Positions 25,869 to 39,289 of a stretch of DNA of 64,000 bases are shown here, piece after piece. This DNA is from Octopus bimaculoides. Lineage: Eukaryota. The position numbers and the translations under genes were made by a program. The number at the start of each line of letters is the position of its first letter. Positions within the stretch are counted from its first letter, which is position 1. The stretch is taken from positions 123,567,997-123,631,996 of the forward strand of contig NC_068982.1 in the NCBI RefSeq assembly GCF_001194135.2. Reading direction: 5' to 3'. The notes beneath the pieces were generated by a model, which saw only the letters and a program-made list of their open reading frames with translations, was not told where the DNA came from and did not search any database.

Positions 25869-27962
25869 GTAAGTTAACAATTTCATATATTTTCTTTTTG
25901 TTTTTTTTTTATACATGAAACTGTTTTTATATTCTTTTTATTTTCATTTAAAGCTTGAAGAATGAAAATAAGGTAAAAAAGATATGCTGATATCTTACTT
26001 CATTAAAATATCTCCATAATTTGATAGTTAATTAAATATTAAATCATCAGTTAACTAGATGTAGTTAAAGAATTAAGTTTTTGAGAAATGTACAAAAACA
26101 ATACCTAAATTGTTTGATTTATGTATCTGCATATTATTACAGCATACACATGAAAACATTCATTTGATAGTTTTCAAACAAAAAAATAATATATATATAT
26201 TTTAAGGCTTATATTTCTTTCCATAATTCTACGCATTAAAAAAAAAAACATATTTTTGTTACTTGCTGTGATATCTTGCTTTTAGTACTATACAATTTAT
26301 AATTTAAACTAACATGTTAATAATGTATCTCTATCAGATGTTAATTTTTATATTTGCTCTGTAACAGATACTCTCATGTCAAAGTGGAACTCCAAAAGTG
26401 GGTGAGCTTCACTTATGATATATTCACTAGTGAAACAAAAATCCAATATGCTGAAGTATGTTTTTATTTAGTATTATAATTTAGATTTATGAGCATTTTC
26501 TTAAATTGTCTATTTCTTTATTACTTTTTAAGAATATATTTTTTTCATTTTTGATTGTCCACTTGATCTATTTTTACTATATCTGCAATATGTACACACA
26601 TTTCTTGTAAAGCCCTTTTTTAAATTTATTTTCAGGTTCAAGAATATTTTTTCTACAACTGTTTGCTAATCTTAGTCATTTTTGATTTTCATTTTATTGA
26701 AATAGATATGATTTAATTTTCATTAATATAAAGTTCTTTATTTTTTTGAGTAATAATGTAATTTTAAACATGCATTTTCTTCTCACCATATTGAGCAGAT
26801 TTAAAGTTTTGTGGTAAGAATATTATTTAAAATGTTTCAGTTATGAAATTGTATTATTCTGAAACTCCAGTCTTTTATGCATAGAGGTAATATTTGTCTC
26901 TGTGATTATCCCTGCGTTCAAATATACCAAGTTGTATATGAACCTAGAGCTGAAAGAATTTTGAATGAAATTGAACTAGCAATAGTGCTCCTGTGCTAGT
27001 CACATGGTCTCTGAAGCTGTAGCTACCAAGCTACCTCTCCAATAAACTGCTATGAAATTTTGGAACTAAGTCCTAAAATAGACATGGCTAGAAAGACAAG
27101 CAAATGGTTTGAGCTAAGCAAATTTGCTTAGACAGAATAGTGGTATGATGGTAGTGCAGGAGCCTAAAAAGTTGTTAGTAAATATACAGGTTTACAGTTT
27201 GGGTTTTGAATCCTGTCGAAAAACAATTACATTTTCATTTGACTTGTCCAGACAAATTGAGAGGAATCTAAACTGTTAGTCATTTGGTAATTTGTGACAG
27301 ATCTGTGTTGCAAATAATGATTGGACCTGCTCTTGAAAATGCTTACTTTTCAAGCTTATTTATGTAATAAAGTTGAATTTTTAATGTAAAATAGTATACA
27401 ATTATATATTCCCAATTCATTGTCTTTATCTTTTTTTTTATATATAAGTAAAAATTACATAGGAAACGTCTTCACACCTTTCTATGTAATTTTATTTTTC
27501 TATAGTTATATCCATTTTAGTTGGCCATAAGTATATCAATTAAGTTCTATATCTGAACAAACAAAAAAAAAAAAAGATAAAGACAAGTAGCTTGCATTTA
27601 TCTTATAGTAATTATACCTAAATCTTATTTTCTAAATCCTGACTATTTCTGTAACTTTGAAGAATTAGTTTATCATTCTCTTTTTTATTTGCATTTTTTA
27701 TTTTTATTAACCTCTTTTGCTGGCACATGAACATGCTATTTCCTAGTATTAAACACTGAAATTGATTTTATTCAATTGGAATGAACATGCTACTATACTG
27801 ATTTTTTTTCTTCTTTTTTTTTTTGTTTGTTTAATTTTTTTTATAGCACTAAAATGTCACATTTATGAATGTTTCTACTTCATATGGCAATTACCAATCA
27901 CTATTCCATGACATTAAACATTATTGTGTGGAGAGAGAGAAAAACAAAACAATTCTTAATTT

Positions 27963-27994
<32 letters not shown>

Positions 27995-28545
27995 AAAATG
28001 AAATTTGATTTAATAATCAATAGTTATAGATGATAGACTCATATTTAGAAAATCCCTTAAAATTGTTTAATATTTTTCTAAAATTTTAACCAATAATTTG
28101 AATTCGACCTAAAAAGGATTTTTTTATACATCTGCTGCTCTAAATGCGAAACACTTTTCTGTAGCAGAAATTTTAATATTTTGAAGAAGAAAAACTGATT
28201 TCACAAATTATTTATATTGAATATGCATATATATCAGTTTGTGATTTATTTAATTGGGTTGGTAATTGATCAGAGAGGAAGAAAGAAAATATATATTCCA
28301 ACCGTCAATTTTTTAATTTTTTTCCTTAAAATTGCTTTTATAGTCTGCTCTGAAGGTCATTCACTAAACCAGGTATTATAATGCTCCAATGTTTGTTAAT
28401 ACATGAATTTGTATTCAAATTTAATTAAAACGTAAATATTTATTTATGATAAAAACTTACAATGGGACTCCACTAAATAGTTTATGTAGCTTTACCATTT
28501 ATTCCTCGTGGATTGTAAATATTTATAAACATTTTTACATTTTAA

Positions 28546-28764
28546 CCCTTTAGCATTTAAACCAGCCATATCTGGCCAAGTATTCTACCTGTTATATGTT
28601 CAAACCAGCCAGATCTGGCCTCTCATGCCTACCCTACAGTGTCATTCTAAGAATATACAATCGTATCATGGAAGTCACAAAGCTACAAGATAATGCATGA
28701 TTAATTCAAAACAATGTAAATAAATAAGCATTACATTTGATGGAGTAATCTGAATGCTAAAGGG
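28546..28764. mobile_element. piggyBac-type MITE in intron 1
   Basis: TTAA flanks (28542-28545, 28765-28768); TIRs ccctttagcatt / aatgctaaaggg. Confidence 0.88.
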
Positions 28765-28981
28765 TTAAATATTCAGTTCCCACTATTTCCCTTAGAAATT
28801 TCTCCTCTCTTTCCGCCTGTTGAATAAAATTACCAATTCAAACTCAAGTGATGACCATCACTGCAGACTGTAATACAGTTATCGTAAATATAAATTGTTT
28901 TCCTCTGTCTTTACTGTACTACAGGCAGGTAAGTTAACTACTGTAATGTACGGTAACAACCTCTCTTTATGCCTCCTGCAG

Positions 28982-29106
28982 ACTGCAGCTTCCAGGTGCG
29001 GAGGTAAAGACAGTGTACAAGGCAGCCATGCAATTCCGGATTGCTTCAGCAGCCAAGGCCTGCTCTGATTTCCTGGTGGCTAACCTCTCCCCTTCAAATT
29101 GTCTTG
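28982..29106 (+). CDS. IVNS1ABP: IVNS1ABP coding exon 2 (BTB end)
   Basis: Acceptor cctgcag. Phase-2 reading R-LQLPGAEVKTVYKAAMQFRIASAAKACSDFLVANLSPSNCL matches the BTB-to-BACK junction. Donor g|gtattt, phase 1. Confidence 0.92.
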
Positions 29107-30673
29107 GTATTTATCATTCTTGGGACACATTCTCTTGGTTTGTCAGTAGTTACTGTCTTAACTGCAGCATTCTCTGCAGTTGAGGAACTTTTCTCCCTCC
29201 CTCTTTCTCTATCACCCTCTTTTTCTCTTTCTTTTCCTCTTTTCTTTCCCTCTCTCTCTCATCCACTTTCCTTTTTCACTCTCACCCTCTCATTTACTTT
29301 TTTATTTCCCTCAGTAAATTTTTTTAAAAACTATAATTGATCAGTATTCTGAAATCTATATGATCTATATATCTATAATATCCTATTTTGATTATTTTGT
29401 ATTAAAGATAAGATTAAATATTGGTTTGTTGATTAGCTAGTAAATTGTATTGTGAAATTCTGATAATTTATAATACTTCAATTAAAAATATCTTCAGGAA
29501 GGCTAGAAACTTAGATGTATAGTGATAACTTTGGTAATTGATCCTTTATGTTGTAAAGGAAACAAATTATTGATTTTTAAATAGATTCAGCTAAGTAAGT
29601 TATATTTTTATTTTGAAAATAGCTTATTCTTAATATTATAGCTGAAAAAAATATTTACTTACCTATTTCACTAATTTGCTATTTTAATATTCTAAAATTC
29701 CTTGTACTTAATATATAATAGACTGGAATTTTCCTAATTTTCTCTTTTGGACAGGCACTAGATTTTATTGCTTAGAAATAATGATTTATTCAATAGTTTT
29801 GTTTCAAATGTATCTTGTCTTTCTTAAATGCTTTCTTCTTGAAAAGTGCATGAGAATAATATTCCTGTCACTATATGTAAATATATTTGTCTTGGTGACA
29901 ACACTATGGAATAAGTTTTTAACGCTTTATTCAAGATTCTTGTATACATAATATTATTAATATACCTTTCTTGCTGTTACTATTCTGTGTTACTTTTCGT
30001 TGCTAAATTACTTTTTGAAACAAAATTTTCCATATCATTCCTGTTAATTCTGTATTTGTCAGTATTTAATTTATTAATTGCTGTAAAAGACTTCTTTTTG
30101 TTTTTTCATTTCTTCATTGCATCATAAGACTTTAGAATAAGGTTAAAAATACTTGTCCAAAACAAAATTTTTATAACTACTACCATAGAGTTTATTTATA
30201 GTCAGTATTGTGCTAAAAATATCTACATCTATATATCTACACACACATCTAATAATTGGCAAATATCTGTATATCATTAATGTAGTTTTACTTACGTATC
30301 ACATACTATGAATTGTTTTAGCTAAGTTAAAAATTTCTATTTTCTTTTTAATCACATTTATTTAGTTAAACACCTACCAAATAGTTTTCATTACAATACT
30401 GCAGTTGTGGCTAGTATCAGTTTCCAAGTTGCCAACATTGATGGTTCTTTTTCTTATTTCTGTTCTGAGATTAAGGCATCACTGTATCAATTGTTAGGTA
30501 TGATAGTGAATGTGCATCACATGTATCTAGGCTTTTCATTTTAGTTTCTTTTAAATCAATGGAAGCAAAAATAATGTAATAATTAGCAGTTTTTGTTTAC
30601 ATAAGCTATTAAGTATTTCAAGTAACAATTACTATCTAGTGTTACAATTAATACTTCTGAATGACCCACTTTC

Positions 30674-30720
<47 letters not shown>

Positions 30721-30846
30721 ATATTTATATCTCTGTGTTAAATGTGGGCATGTATGTGGGAATATGTAATGTGTGCATGTATATGAGTATTTCATGTGTA
30801 TGTATCCGTTATAGGTATTTTATGTGCTTGTATGTCTATATTGAAA

Positions 30847-30893
<47 letters not shown>

Positions 30894-32749
30894 TGTGTGT
30901 GTGTGTGTGTGTGTGTGTACATATGTGCATATATGTAATAGTTTTGTTTTATCTGCTTATATGTGAGTGTGTACATGTTGGGTGTATACATTCATAGGTT
31001 GGTTTATATACATCCAAAATATTCTGACATTGCTTTTTAATAACCCCCCTCTCTCTCTCTCTCTTTCTTTCTGATACATGCACACAAAATTGCATCTTAG
31101 GTGTGAACACTTGAAAATCTTAGTGTCTCTTATGCTCATTTGCAACATCATGTTTTAACTCTGTCTCTCTGAGCAATATATAAAATACATCCATAGGTTT
31201 AATAATAGCATTGCCAATTAGTCAGTTCCATTGAGATAAGTAGTTTTAAGGAAAATCGTCCTTTAGTTGTAGGAGTGTATGAAAGTAAGCCGTCTTAAGG
31301 TTATATGCTAGGAGTGGACGAAGTATGAAGGCTAGGCTTGTCAAGAAGTTTTATAGCTCTTGGAGCGTATAAAGTTTTATAGCTCTTGGAGCAGTAATAA
31401 TGAAAGCCAAATGAAATTAAATGGAAATGTGTGGAGTGTCTTTAATCATAACTATTGATGTGATATTCTAAAGTATATATCTGAATAAATATAAGTTATA
31501 AAGTCAGTTGGTCTAGGACTTATAACTATGACCATGAAGATGTATCTCTACAGAATTGGTTCATTTGAGGCAAATGGATGGATATTCTCATAGTTGGGAG
31601 GAATGTGAGTGAAAAAAATGACAGTCTGATGTTATGTACATCTGGAAACCATGCTCAATTATGATAGTTTCATGAAATGAGACTACTTGTAAGATTTTTA
31701 AACATTGATGTGAAGGACAATTTCAGAAAGTTTTGCAGTCGCTTACTTGTCTGATTGGCTTCGTATATTCACCATAAAATGCATTTTAGTGAAGTCTATC
31801 CTGAGAATAAGTGAGTATCAAAAATGAAAGAAAACACTGGTTTGACTCGATTTGATGAAACTTGTCGCATGATATCCGAGTTCCACATTTTCTGTATTTG
31901 TTATTGTGATGGTGCAGCTACATCAGTAGCCCTAAAAATACAGGGGTTCTAAATAAGAGGATTCAAATTGTATTGGGAAACAGTAATTTGTGACTGGTTC
32001 TATGATCAAGAATTGTCTAAAAGATTGAGAAAGGGAAAAAACTTCCACAAAATGGAAATGCAATTGATTAAAATATATATCAGGAAGTTATTTGGAATAC
32101 TCTTCTATTCCATTATTGTTAACATTTGTTTTTGTTTTTTTTAGCATGAGTAGGATTTTCTGCAAATATATAGATTTTTAGTCTTGCTGAAGGAATTGTT
32201 TTTACAACTAGATGTCTTTCTTTCCTTTTAAATAACCTTGATGTAGAATTGTCAGTCACAGAAACTGAGGCAAGCAGAGAGATATGTTCGTTGCCTCAGG
32301 GTTCGACTCCTGATCAATTTTCCTGCACCACAATTATACAAATGTTTGTTCTTTGCCAAGATTTAAAAAAAAATTTCTTGCAGTTATCTTCCCAGGACTA
32401 TAGTATGTGGTTCCATATCCTGACATTTAACTTGTATTATCTTGTATTCAACTTTTCCTACACTAACTTCATTATAGCCCTTTGTACATTTTCAGTAATC
32501 TAAGACTGACTCTTTCACATCTTTCTTTTCATTGAAAGATGTGTTAAAGTTAGTTTGGACATACTTCCTCACTGTGCCTTTGTTGTTAATACTATTTCAC
32601 AGTATAAAAAAAAACAACACTCCACCACTCATCCTCTCACTGTAGAACATGGAGAAAAAAGAAAAAAGCTTGTGACAGTTTGTGGTGGTATAGTCTTTCT
32701 GTTTTTTGTTTTCTTTCACATTCCTCTATTGCTTATCTTTTAGCATTTA

Positions 32750-33520
32750 TATTCCACTATATTACTATCTGGCCAGCCCTCAACTCTAGTTAAGTAGCAG
32801 TTAGTGTGGACGTTTCTGTCCTCACTCACTCTTAATGCATCTTTTAGCTTCCAAACTTCTGCTGCTGTTTTCATGATTGATAGTCTAAATTTAGCATTAA
32901 TCTTTATAAAATGTTCTTGCTGGTTAAATTTTGTTATAACATTAGTTAGTTTTAATTCCACTTCGATGTGGCTTACTGGTTTAGTAAATCTGAAGCTATT
33001 GATAATTCATTTGCTTGATAAAAATTCAAGAGCTTTGTTCTTCATTTTATAGTCATATTGTCTGATCACACCAATAAATTTGATTGTTTGATGACCTAGT
33101 TGTCCGTCTAATTCATTTTTATTGTACAGCAAGCACCCCTAGGTATTTTTTCCACTCATTCTTTTTAAGTTAGGTCATTCAGCGTTTGCTCACAAAAGTC
33201 CTATATACTTTTCTTATTTAAGATTTACAATACTGTTTAGACTGTGAGGAGGATTATGTCACAAGTTGTCACTTTACCACCAAAGTGCGAACTCATTCCC
33301 CACTGCATTCTATTTTTAATAAATTTAAATTTTGACTTGTCTTCCTTGCTTTTCTTGTCCAGAATTTAAGATAATGGTTGGTTCTCACTAGGTGTTATGT
33401 TAAGATTTTTGGTTCACTACATTATATTAGTGTCCACTTTATTCTAAGTTTTTAGTTGCTTCCTCCAGTATTAGAACTATTACTATCTAGAGGAAATTAC
33501 AATAATTTTACTTTCCTGTA
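32750..33520 (-). mobile_element. Decayed RTE LINE fragment
   Basis: Minus-strand KVYRTFV...LKKNE remnant resembles the RTE KGKVYRTVVR...LKK region; many stops. Confidence 0.5.
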
Positions 33521-33713
33521 ATAAATCTGGCTTATGCACCTTTTGTAGTGTCATTTTTCTGTACACAACACACTTCACTTACTAACAGTTCTACTTCCCA
33601 TTTAATACTTTCTATTAAAAGTAGTTATTCTGAGATTAAGCTGAAAAGACAGTCATATGATGTTGGTGTGTGAGCGTGTGTTAGGGAGTGTAAATGTGTA
33701 TGTTAAGCATGTA

Positions 33714-33744
<31 letters not shown>

Positions 33745-33905
33745 TTATAAACATGTGTGTAAATTTATATGTACATGGTTCATATACACATGTACATATA
33801 CTTGATCACATGCATATTTATATATACATACACACAGGTTGATGTAGATGTTATTTATGCCAATTTTCTTTTCCGTATCACATTTTCATTGTTTTTTTGT
33901 TGCAG

Positions 33906-34037
33906 AATTCAGATGGTGTGCAGGTGATAATGATCAGTTAAAGACACAAATAGATGCTTATATACAGAAACATGTTGCTGAGGTAATAAACAGTAATAAA
34001 CTGTCTGTTTTACCTCGCATCCTCATAGAAATAGTGG
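33906..34037 (+). CDS. IVNS1ABP: IVNS1ABP coding exon 3 (BACK)
   Basis: Acceptor ttgcag; E-FRWCAGDNDQLKTQIDAYIQKHVAEVINSNKLSVLPRILIEIV. The DAYIQ and LPR motifs match NS1-BP as I recall it. Donor g|gtaagt. Confidence 0.92.
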
Positions 34038-34696
34038 GTAAGTAGTTTTTGATTTAAAAAAAAACAAAAGTAAATTTAGACCAATGTGAACAGTAAAGAT
34101 CTGCTGTATTTTGTATTCTTCACAATCTCATAAAATGTATTAATGTTTCTGAAAGTTTCAAGACAAACAACATAATATAAATCTGTAATATAGGAGCATA
34201 TACTGAGAGAGCTTGAAGAAATAATTGATAGTACTTTTAGAATTCTTATTTTGTGCTTGTGACAGTGTGTTTAAAAACATTCGTTTTACAACCTCATGGG
34301 CATTTTGGGTAATTGTCTTTGAGTCAACTAAAACCTAGGAATTGAGATTTGATAGTTAACTGCAAAACCAAAAGCAAATTTGTTGAACAAAACTTAAGTA
34401 TTCAATTCTGACTGAGTTCTCTCCCTTCACGCTAGGACTACGTCATTTTGGTTTCTTTCAACATTGATAAAATAAAATATTTATAAAAACAAAACTTTTA
34501 AGGCTGTGCCCCAACATGGCTGTAATCCAATAACTAAAATCAGTAAAAAAAGTATTACATTTAAAGATTTATGCCTTCATCATCCAGTGATTTACGTGTG
34601 ATTTTTCATGTTAGGGGATGAGTAGATTTGCCATAGTGCAATTTCATACATTTTGATGTACTTTTAAATATTTTTTTCTTTTAAATTCCAAATTAG

Positions 34697-34815
34697 GTGC
34701 TGATGAAATTATTCTTGGTAACAAAATTGACGCTCATATATTTCATCTGGTGTTCAATTGGGCTAAAAACATGCTTGCTCAAGCTAGAGGCTCTTTCAAT
34801 TATCTCACTGAACAG
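34697..34815 (+). CDS. IVNS1ABP: IVNS1ABP coding exon 4 (BACK)
   Basis: Acceptor aattag; G-ADEIILGNKIDAHIFHLVFNWAKNMLAQARGSFNYLTEQ, including the BACK-domain W. Donor cag|gtttgt, phase 0. Confidence 0.88.
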
Positions 34816-35175
34816 GTTTGTTGAAATTTTTTATTTTTTCTAATTTTTATGTAACATTCATTTTGTAGCTAAAATGTTTTTAAGCAATTTTAACTCTTAG
34901 CGTCTTGATAATAAATTTATCTCAGTTTTGTAATGATAGTGCAGAAAGACAGTTATTGGTAATAAATGTAATAGACATAAGAGAAACATCACAATAAAAG
35001 AAATGTTTTCACCCTGACTTTTGCAACTTATTTATTTATTATAAAATATACTAGTTGAGTTACAACCTTCAAAAACAGCTGAGTATGCATGAAAGTTTCA
35101 AAAAAAAAAAAACTGTCTGAAAACAGTTGCAAAATCTGTTGTATGTGTGTTGATATTAATAGTGAACATTAAAGA

Positions 35176-35434
35176 TCATCATCATCATCATGCGCCCACT
35201 TTCCATGCTAGCATGGGTTGGACGATTTGACTGAGGACTGGCGAACCAGATGGCTGCACCAGGCTCAAATCTGATTTGGCAGAGTTTCTACAGCTGGAAG
35301 CCCTTCCTAACGCCAACCACTCCGAGAGTGTAGTGAATGCTTTTTACGTGCCATCTGCACGAGGGCCAGTCCGGTGGTACTGGCAACGGCCACGCTCAAG
35401 TGGCGTTTTTTATGTGCCACCTGCACAGGAGTCA
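35176..35434 (-). mobile_element. SINE-like repeat (family C) in intron 4
   Basis: High identity to the 37034 and 54681 copies. Confidence 0.85.
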
Positions 35435-35689
35435 ATGCAGTAAATAAATAAATGGTAGAGGTAGAGATTTTTTTTTCTTTTTTTTCCCCCCTCTCAGATG
35501 AGAGTTCATAACTTCTTTGAAAACAAATATAATCAAAATTGGATGGTTTCAGGCTGTATGGGTCAGAGAGGGGGGGATATGCATTATTAGGTGGATTTGA
35601 GTAATACATGGTGTTAAGATCTAATTTGGTTCACTTTTATTTAGATTCTTTTAAAGTATTTTTCTCTTTGTATTTTTAATTAACTTCAG

Positions 35690-35809
35690 ACACACATGCT
35701 TTATCTAAACAACAACCAAATATTACAAGACTGTGGATTTTTGGATGACTCTAGTTTAGAGGAAGATGATATGATAAAAGACTACAAACTGTTGTCGAAG
35801 AAGAAGCAG
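35690..35809 (+). CDS. IVNS1ABP: IVNS1ABP coding exon 5 (IVR region)
   Basis: Acceptor cttcag; THMLYLNNNQILQDCGFLDDSSLEEDDMIKDYKLLSKKKQ. Donor cag|gtaaac; phase 0 at both ends. Confidence 0.88.
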
Positions 35810-36652
35810 GTAAACCACAACAGATATATATTTCATTTTAAATTTTATCCTGATATAAATGATTCAGAAACTTTACATCTATTGAAAGTTTTACTGCTTG
35901 GTGCATCTGCAATTAGTTACACCCAATATCAAAACTGTAAAATAGGCATACCAATGAAGGGTACATTGCGGTATTCTTTGAAAGCTACTAAATCTTTGTC
36001 ATTCAAAAGACAGGCTGATCATGTCTGCTCAGTCAAGTCTGACCTGAAACTAAATAACAATTATAAAGGGCGAGTGTACAGTAGCTTACAAAATTGCACT
36101 GTCTACATTTGAGGCTGATATTTAATTTTGTGACAGTGGTGTCTTGTCCAACAGGAGTCTTCAAGGATGAAGATAGCAACCACCCAATATTCTGCTTTGC
36201 TATAAAAAGGCTGTCATAAGGAACTGGGTAACAACGTTTAATGGACTTGGCATGATCTTGATAGTAGCAGTTAACAGCATAATGCTTCTCATGTTAGAAT
36301 TTTAGCAATGAAATGATAGTTTTTTTTTTTTTTTTTTTTTTTTCTATATTCTAGATTCTTATTTCACTGTTGATAAAATGCTATAAGAATTATTCAACCT
36401 TTAAGCACAGTCAATGCATGCTAATTAATATTCTATATTGTAGTGGAAAATTTGAGGATGAATTTCTTAATTTCAAGCATGGCTTATAATTCAATGAGAC
36501 CATCACCAGTAAAAGAATTGACAATTTTGCTGTAGATGTGTGTAGTAACTGTTCATCTTGTTTCTCAGCAGCTCATTTTTATTACTTAAACAGATAAGAA
36601 ATATTTCTTTTCAACACTCATTCTATCAGTGACTTTTTTTGTACTTTTTCAG

Positions 36653-36785
36653 TTAGCTAATTGCAAAAATAAAATGGATTCAAGTAATTTTTCTCCAAAT
36701 CAGTTGAGAAAACTTGCTTCTGGTGATTGTGAATGGATTCAGAATGAACATGAATGGTCTTTACTAGCATCATACCAATCAGCCG
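36653..36785 (+). CDS. IVNS1ABP: IVNS1ABP coding exon 6 (IVR region)
   Basis: Not in the ORF track. Acceptor tttttcag; LANCKNKMDSSNFSPNQLRKLASGDCEWIQNEHEWSLLASYQSA. HEWSLLAS resembles vertebrate HEWKIVAS (recalled). Donor g|gttagt supplies the required phase 0 to phase 1 bridge. Confidence 0.87.
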
Positions 36786-37033
36786 GTTAGTATTTTTTTT
36801 TATTGCTGTTTCTTGGTAGGAGTTGTGCTGATGTTCTAGAAGGAAGTGGTTGTGCAGGGTGTGAGGATAAAGAGGTGAGTGGGTTAAGTATAGAAGGAAC
36901 AAGACCAGTCAACTCTGCAAAACGGGCTGTTATTGTAGGAGTAAAAAACACTGTGGTGACACTATGCCTGTGTGCCAGATGCTGGAGTGCATCTGTTACA
37001 AAAGTCTATATTATTTCATTAATACAAAATAAT

Positions 37034-37440
37034 CATCATCGTTTAACGTCCGCTTTCCATGCTAGCATGGGTTGGACGATTTGACTGAGGACTAGTGAAC
37101 CAGATGGCTACACCAGACTCCAATCTGATTTGGCAGAGTTTTTACAGCTGGATGCCCTTCCTAACGCCAACCACTCCGAGAGTGTAGTGGGTGCTTTTTA
37201 TGTGCCACCGGCATGAAGGCTAGTCAGGCGGTACTGGCAACGGCCACACTCAAAATGGTGTATTTTACGTGTCACCTGCACAGGAGCCAGTCCAGCGGCA
37301 CTAGCAACGATCTCGCTCGAATGTCTCTACACGTGCCACCGGCACAAGTGCCAGGAAGGCGACACTAGGCACAGGTGCCATCACGATTTCGGTTTCGCTT
37401 GCCCCAACAGGTCTTCGCAAGCCGAATTTCATGTCCAAAG
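37034..37440 (-). mobile_element. SINE-like repeat (family C) in intron 6
   Basis: Reverse-complement match to 54681-55070. Confidence 0.88.
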
Positions 37441-38542
37441 GAAATTAGTATAGTTTGCTGTTATTTAAAAAAGCAAAACAGTGATCAAATTCCATTTTTT
37501 TTATTGAAACTGTCTTGCTAACATCTTTGTAGAACATAGAAGAAATGTCCCACCTCATATCCAGTTGAGAGGTAGGATTAATTGCATAATTTCAAACTGC
37601 AAAACGAACATAGCTGATTTTCTTATATAGTATAGCAATCGCAAAACATCTTTACAGGTAGATCATGAGAAAAAAAAAGGTCCTGCATGAAGGGGTCAAA
37701 AATGTAAGAATCGATTTACTATTGCCTGAAAGTTAATATTTAAAAAAAGTACAAATAGTTCAATATATTGAAAAGAAATAAATAAGTGCATCATTGGAAT
37801 GTGCAGAAGAATAGTAGTTAGTGAGTAGTTAAAGAAAGGCTGAATTGCCAAGAAGAATTCATAAGGAATGTTGGGTCAAGGTATATGTTAATGAAACAAC
37901 AAAAATCAAGTCAGTGCTTTAATTTTAAAGCAATGGGGAGAAATGATTGCATACTGAAATAATACGAATGTTGTCAAACAGATAGACAGGTAGTTCAGTA
38001 GGCAATTACTTGCAAGGTAAGTGAAACCCTAAAAAAATTTATTTTGAATAAACTTCACCTGTTACTTTTGAATTTTTGAGAACCACCAAATTTCACTTAT
38101 GTAATAAAAGGTCTTGTGCACTTACAACTATTGGCACCTTTATATTGTAGCTCACCCTGTCAGCCAAATCTTACATTACATTGGATAATATCCCTGATAC
38201 ATTGTTGGAATAAAAGATGTGACAGCCAGAGTTGAGTTAGAACAGCAGTTGTAAGACTTCTCATTGGTCAATATGAGTAATGCTCATGACTTTCTAGATG
38301 AATTAATGAAGCGAATTATTATATAGTCATTTTTCCAGTGAGCAATTTTTCATCAGATTCCTCTGACTCAGTCTCTTGCAAGAGTTAAATATCTTTAAAG
38401 CTATAATTACAACTTATTGGCATGAAATGTAATCCTATGACAATTCTTGTAATTTCAAACTGTGCTACTACTATACTTACTATTCAATCATTTTAATATA
38501 ATTGTTTCTTCATGTACTAACAGTTTATAACATTGTGCTGTA

Positions 38543-38909
38543 TGTTGTTGGCACTCCGTCGCTTACGACGACGAGGGTTCCAGTTGATCCGATCAACGGA
38601 ACAGCCTGCTCGTGAAATTAACGTGCAAGTGGCTGAGCACTCCACAGTCACGTGTACCCTTAACGTAGTTCTCGGGGATATTCAGCGTGACACAGTGTGA
38701 CCAGGCTGACCCTTTGAATTACAGGCACAACAGAAACAGGAAGTAAGAGTGAGAAAGTTGTGGTGAAAGAGTACAACAGGGTTTGCCACCATCCCCTGCC
38801 GGAGCCTCGTGGAGCTTTAGGTGTTTTCGCTCAATAAGCACTCACAACACCCGGTCTGGGAATCGAAACCGCGAGTCCGCTGCCCTAACCACTGGGCCAT
38901 TGCGCCTCC
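38543..38909 (-). mobile_element. tRNA-derived SINE (family A) in intron 6
   Basis: Reverse complement of 4135-4517, with the tRNA-like head at the 38909 end. Confidence 0.9.
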
Positions 38910-39037
38910 ACCGTGCTGTCTAAAGCAGTTACATTGTGTAATAATATCCATCCACTGTCTTTATTATTTTCTACAACATACACTACATTTTTGATTTTGT
39001 TGAGCTTAATTTTTTTCATTTATCTTTTTATTTGCAG

Positions 39038-39289
39038 AGCGTACCTCAGTTGGAATAACTTTAATGAATGGTTCTTTGTCCATTGTCACCCTCCATTTAA
39101 GACCATGTCCACCTCATAGTCCAAGTAGTACAGTATCTGACCCAGAGTCGCCTACCAATGTTCCTTCCACTGATGTTAGTAGACCTGGATCTATTGAACG
39201 AAACGTCTCCCTAACACTCCTTGCACAAATGAGTACAGCACGATGCAGTTTTGGACTTGCAATACTCAATAAAAATCTTGTTGCTGTTG
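39038..39289 (+). CDS. IVNS1ABP: IVNS1ABP coding exon 7 (IVR end and Kelch 1 start)
   Basis: Acceptor tttgcag; E-RTSVGITLMNGSLSIVTLHLRPCPP...LAQMSTARCSFGLAILNKNLVAV. Donor g|gtaagt. Confidence 0.93.

Noticed and set aside
29041-29340. 99-aa ORF overlapping exon 2
   Set aside because: It is in a different frame from the BTB sequence and continues into a CT-rich intron.
36803-37084. 93-aa + strand ORF as a possible IVNS1ABP exon
   Set aside because: Its acceptors do not match the required phase. The real exon is 36653-36785, and the ORF runs into a SINE.
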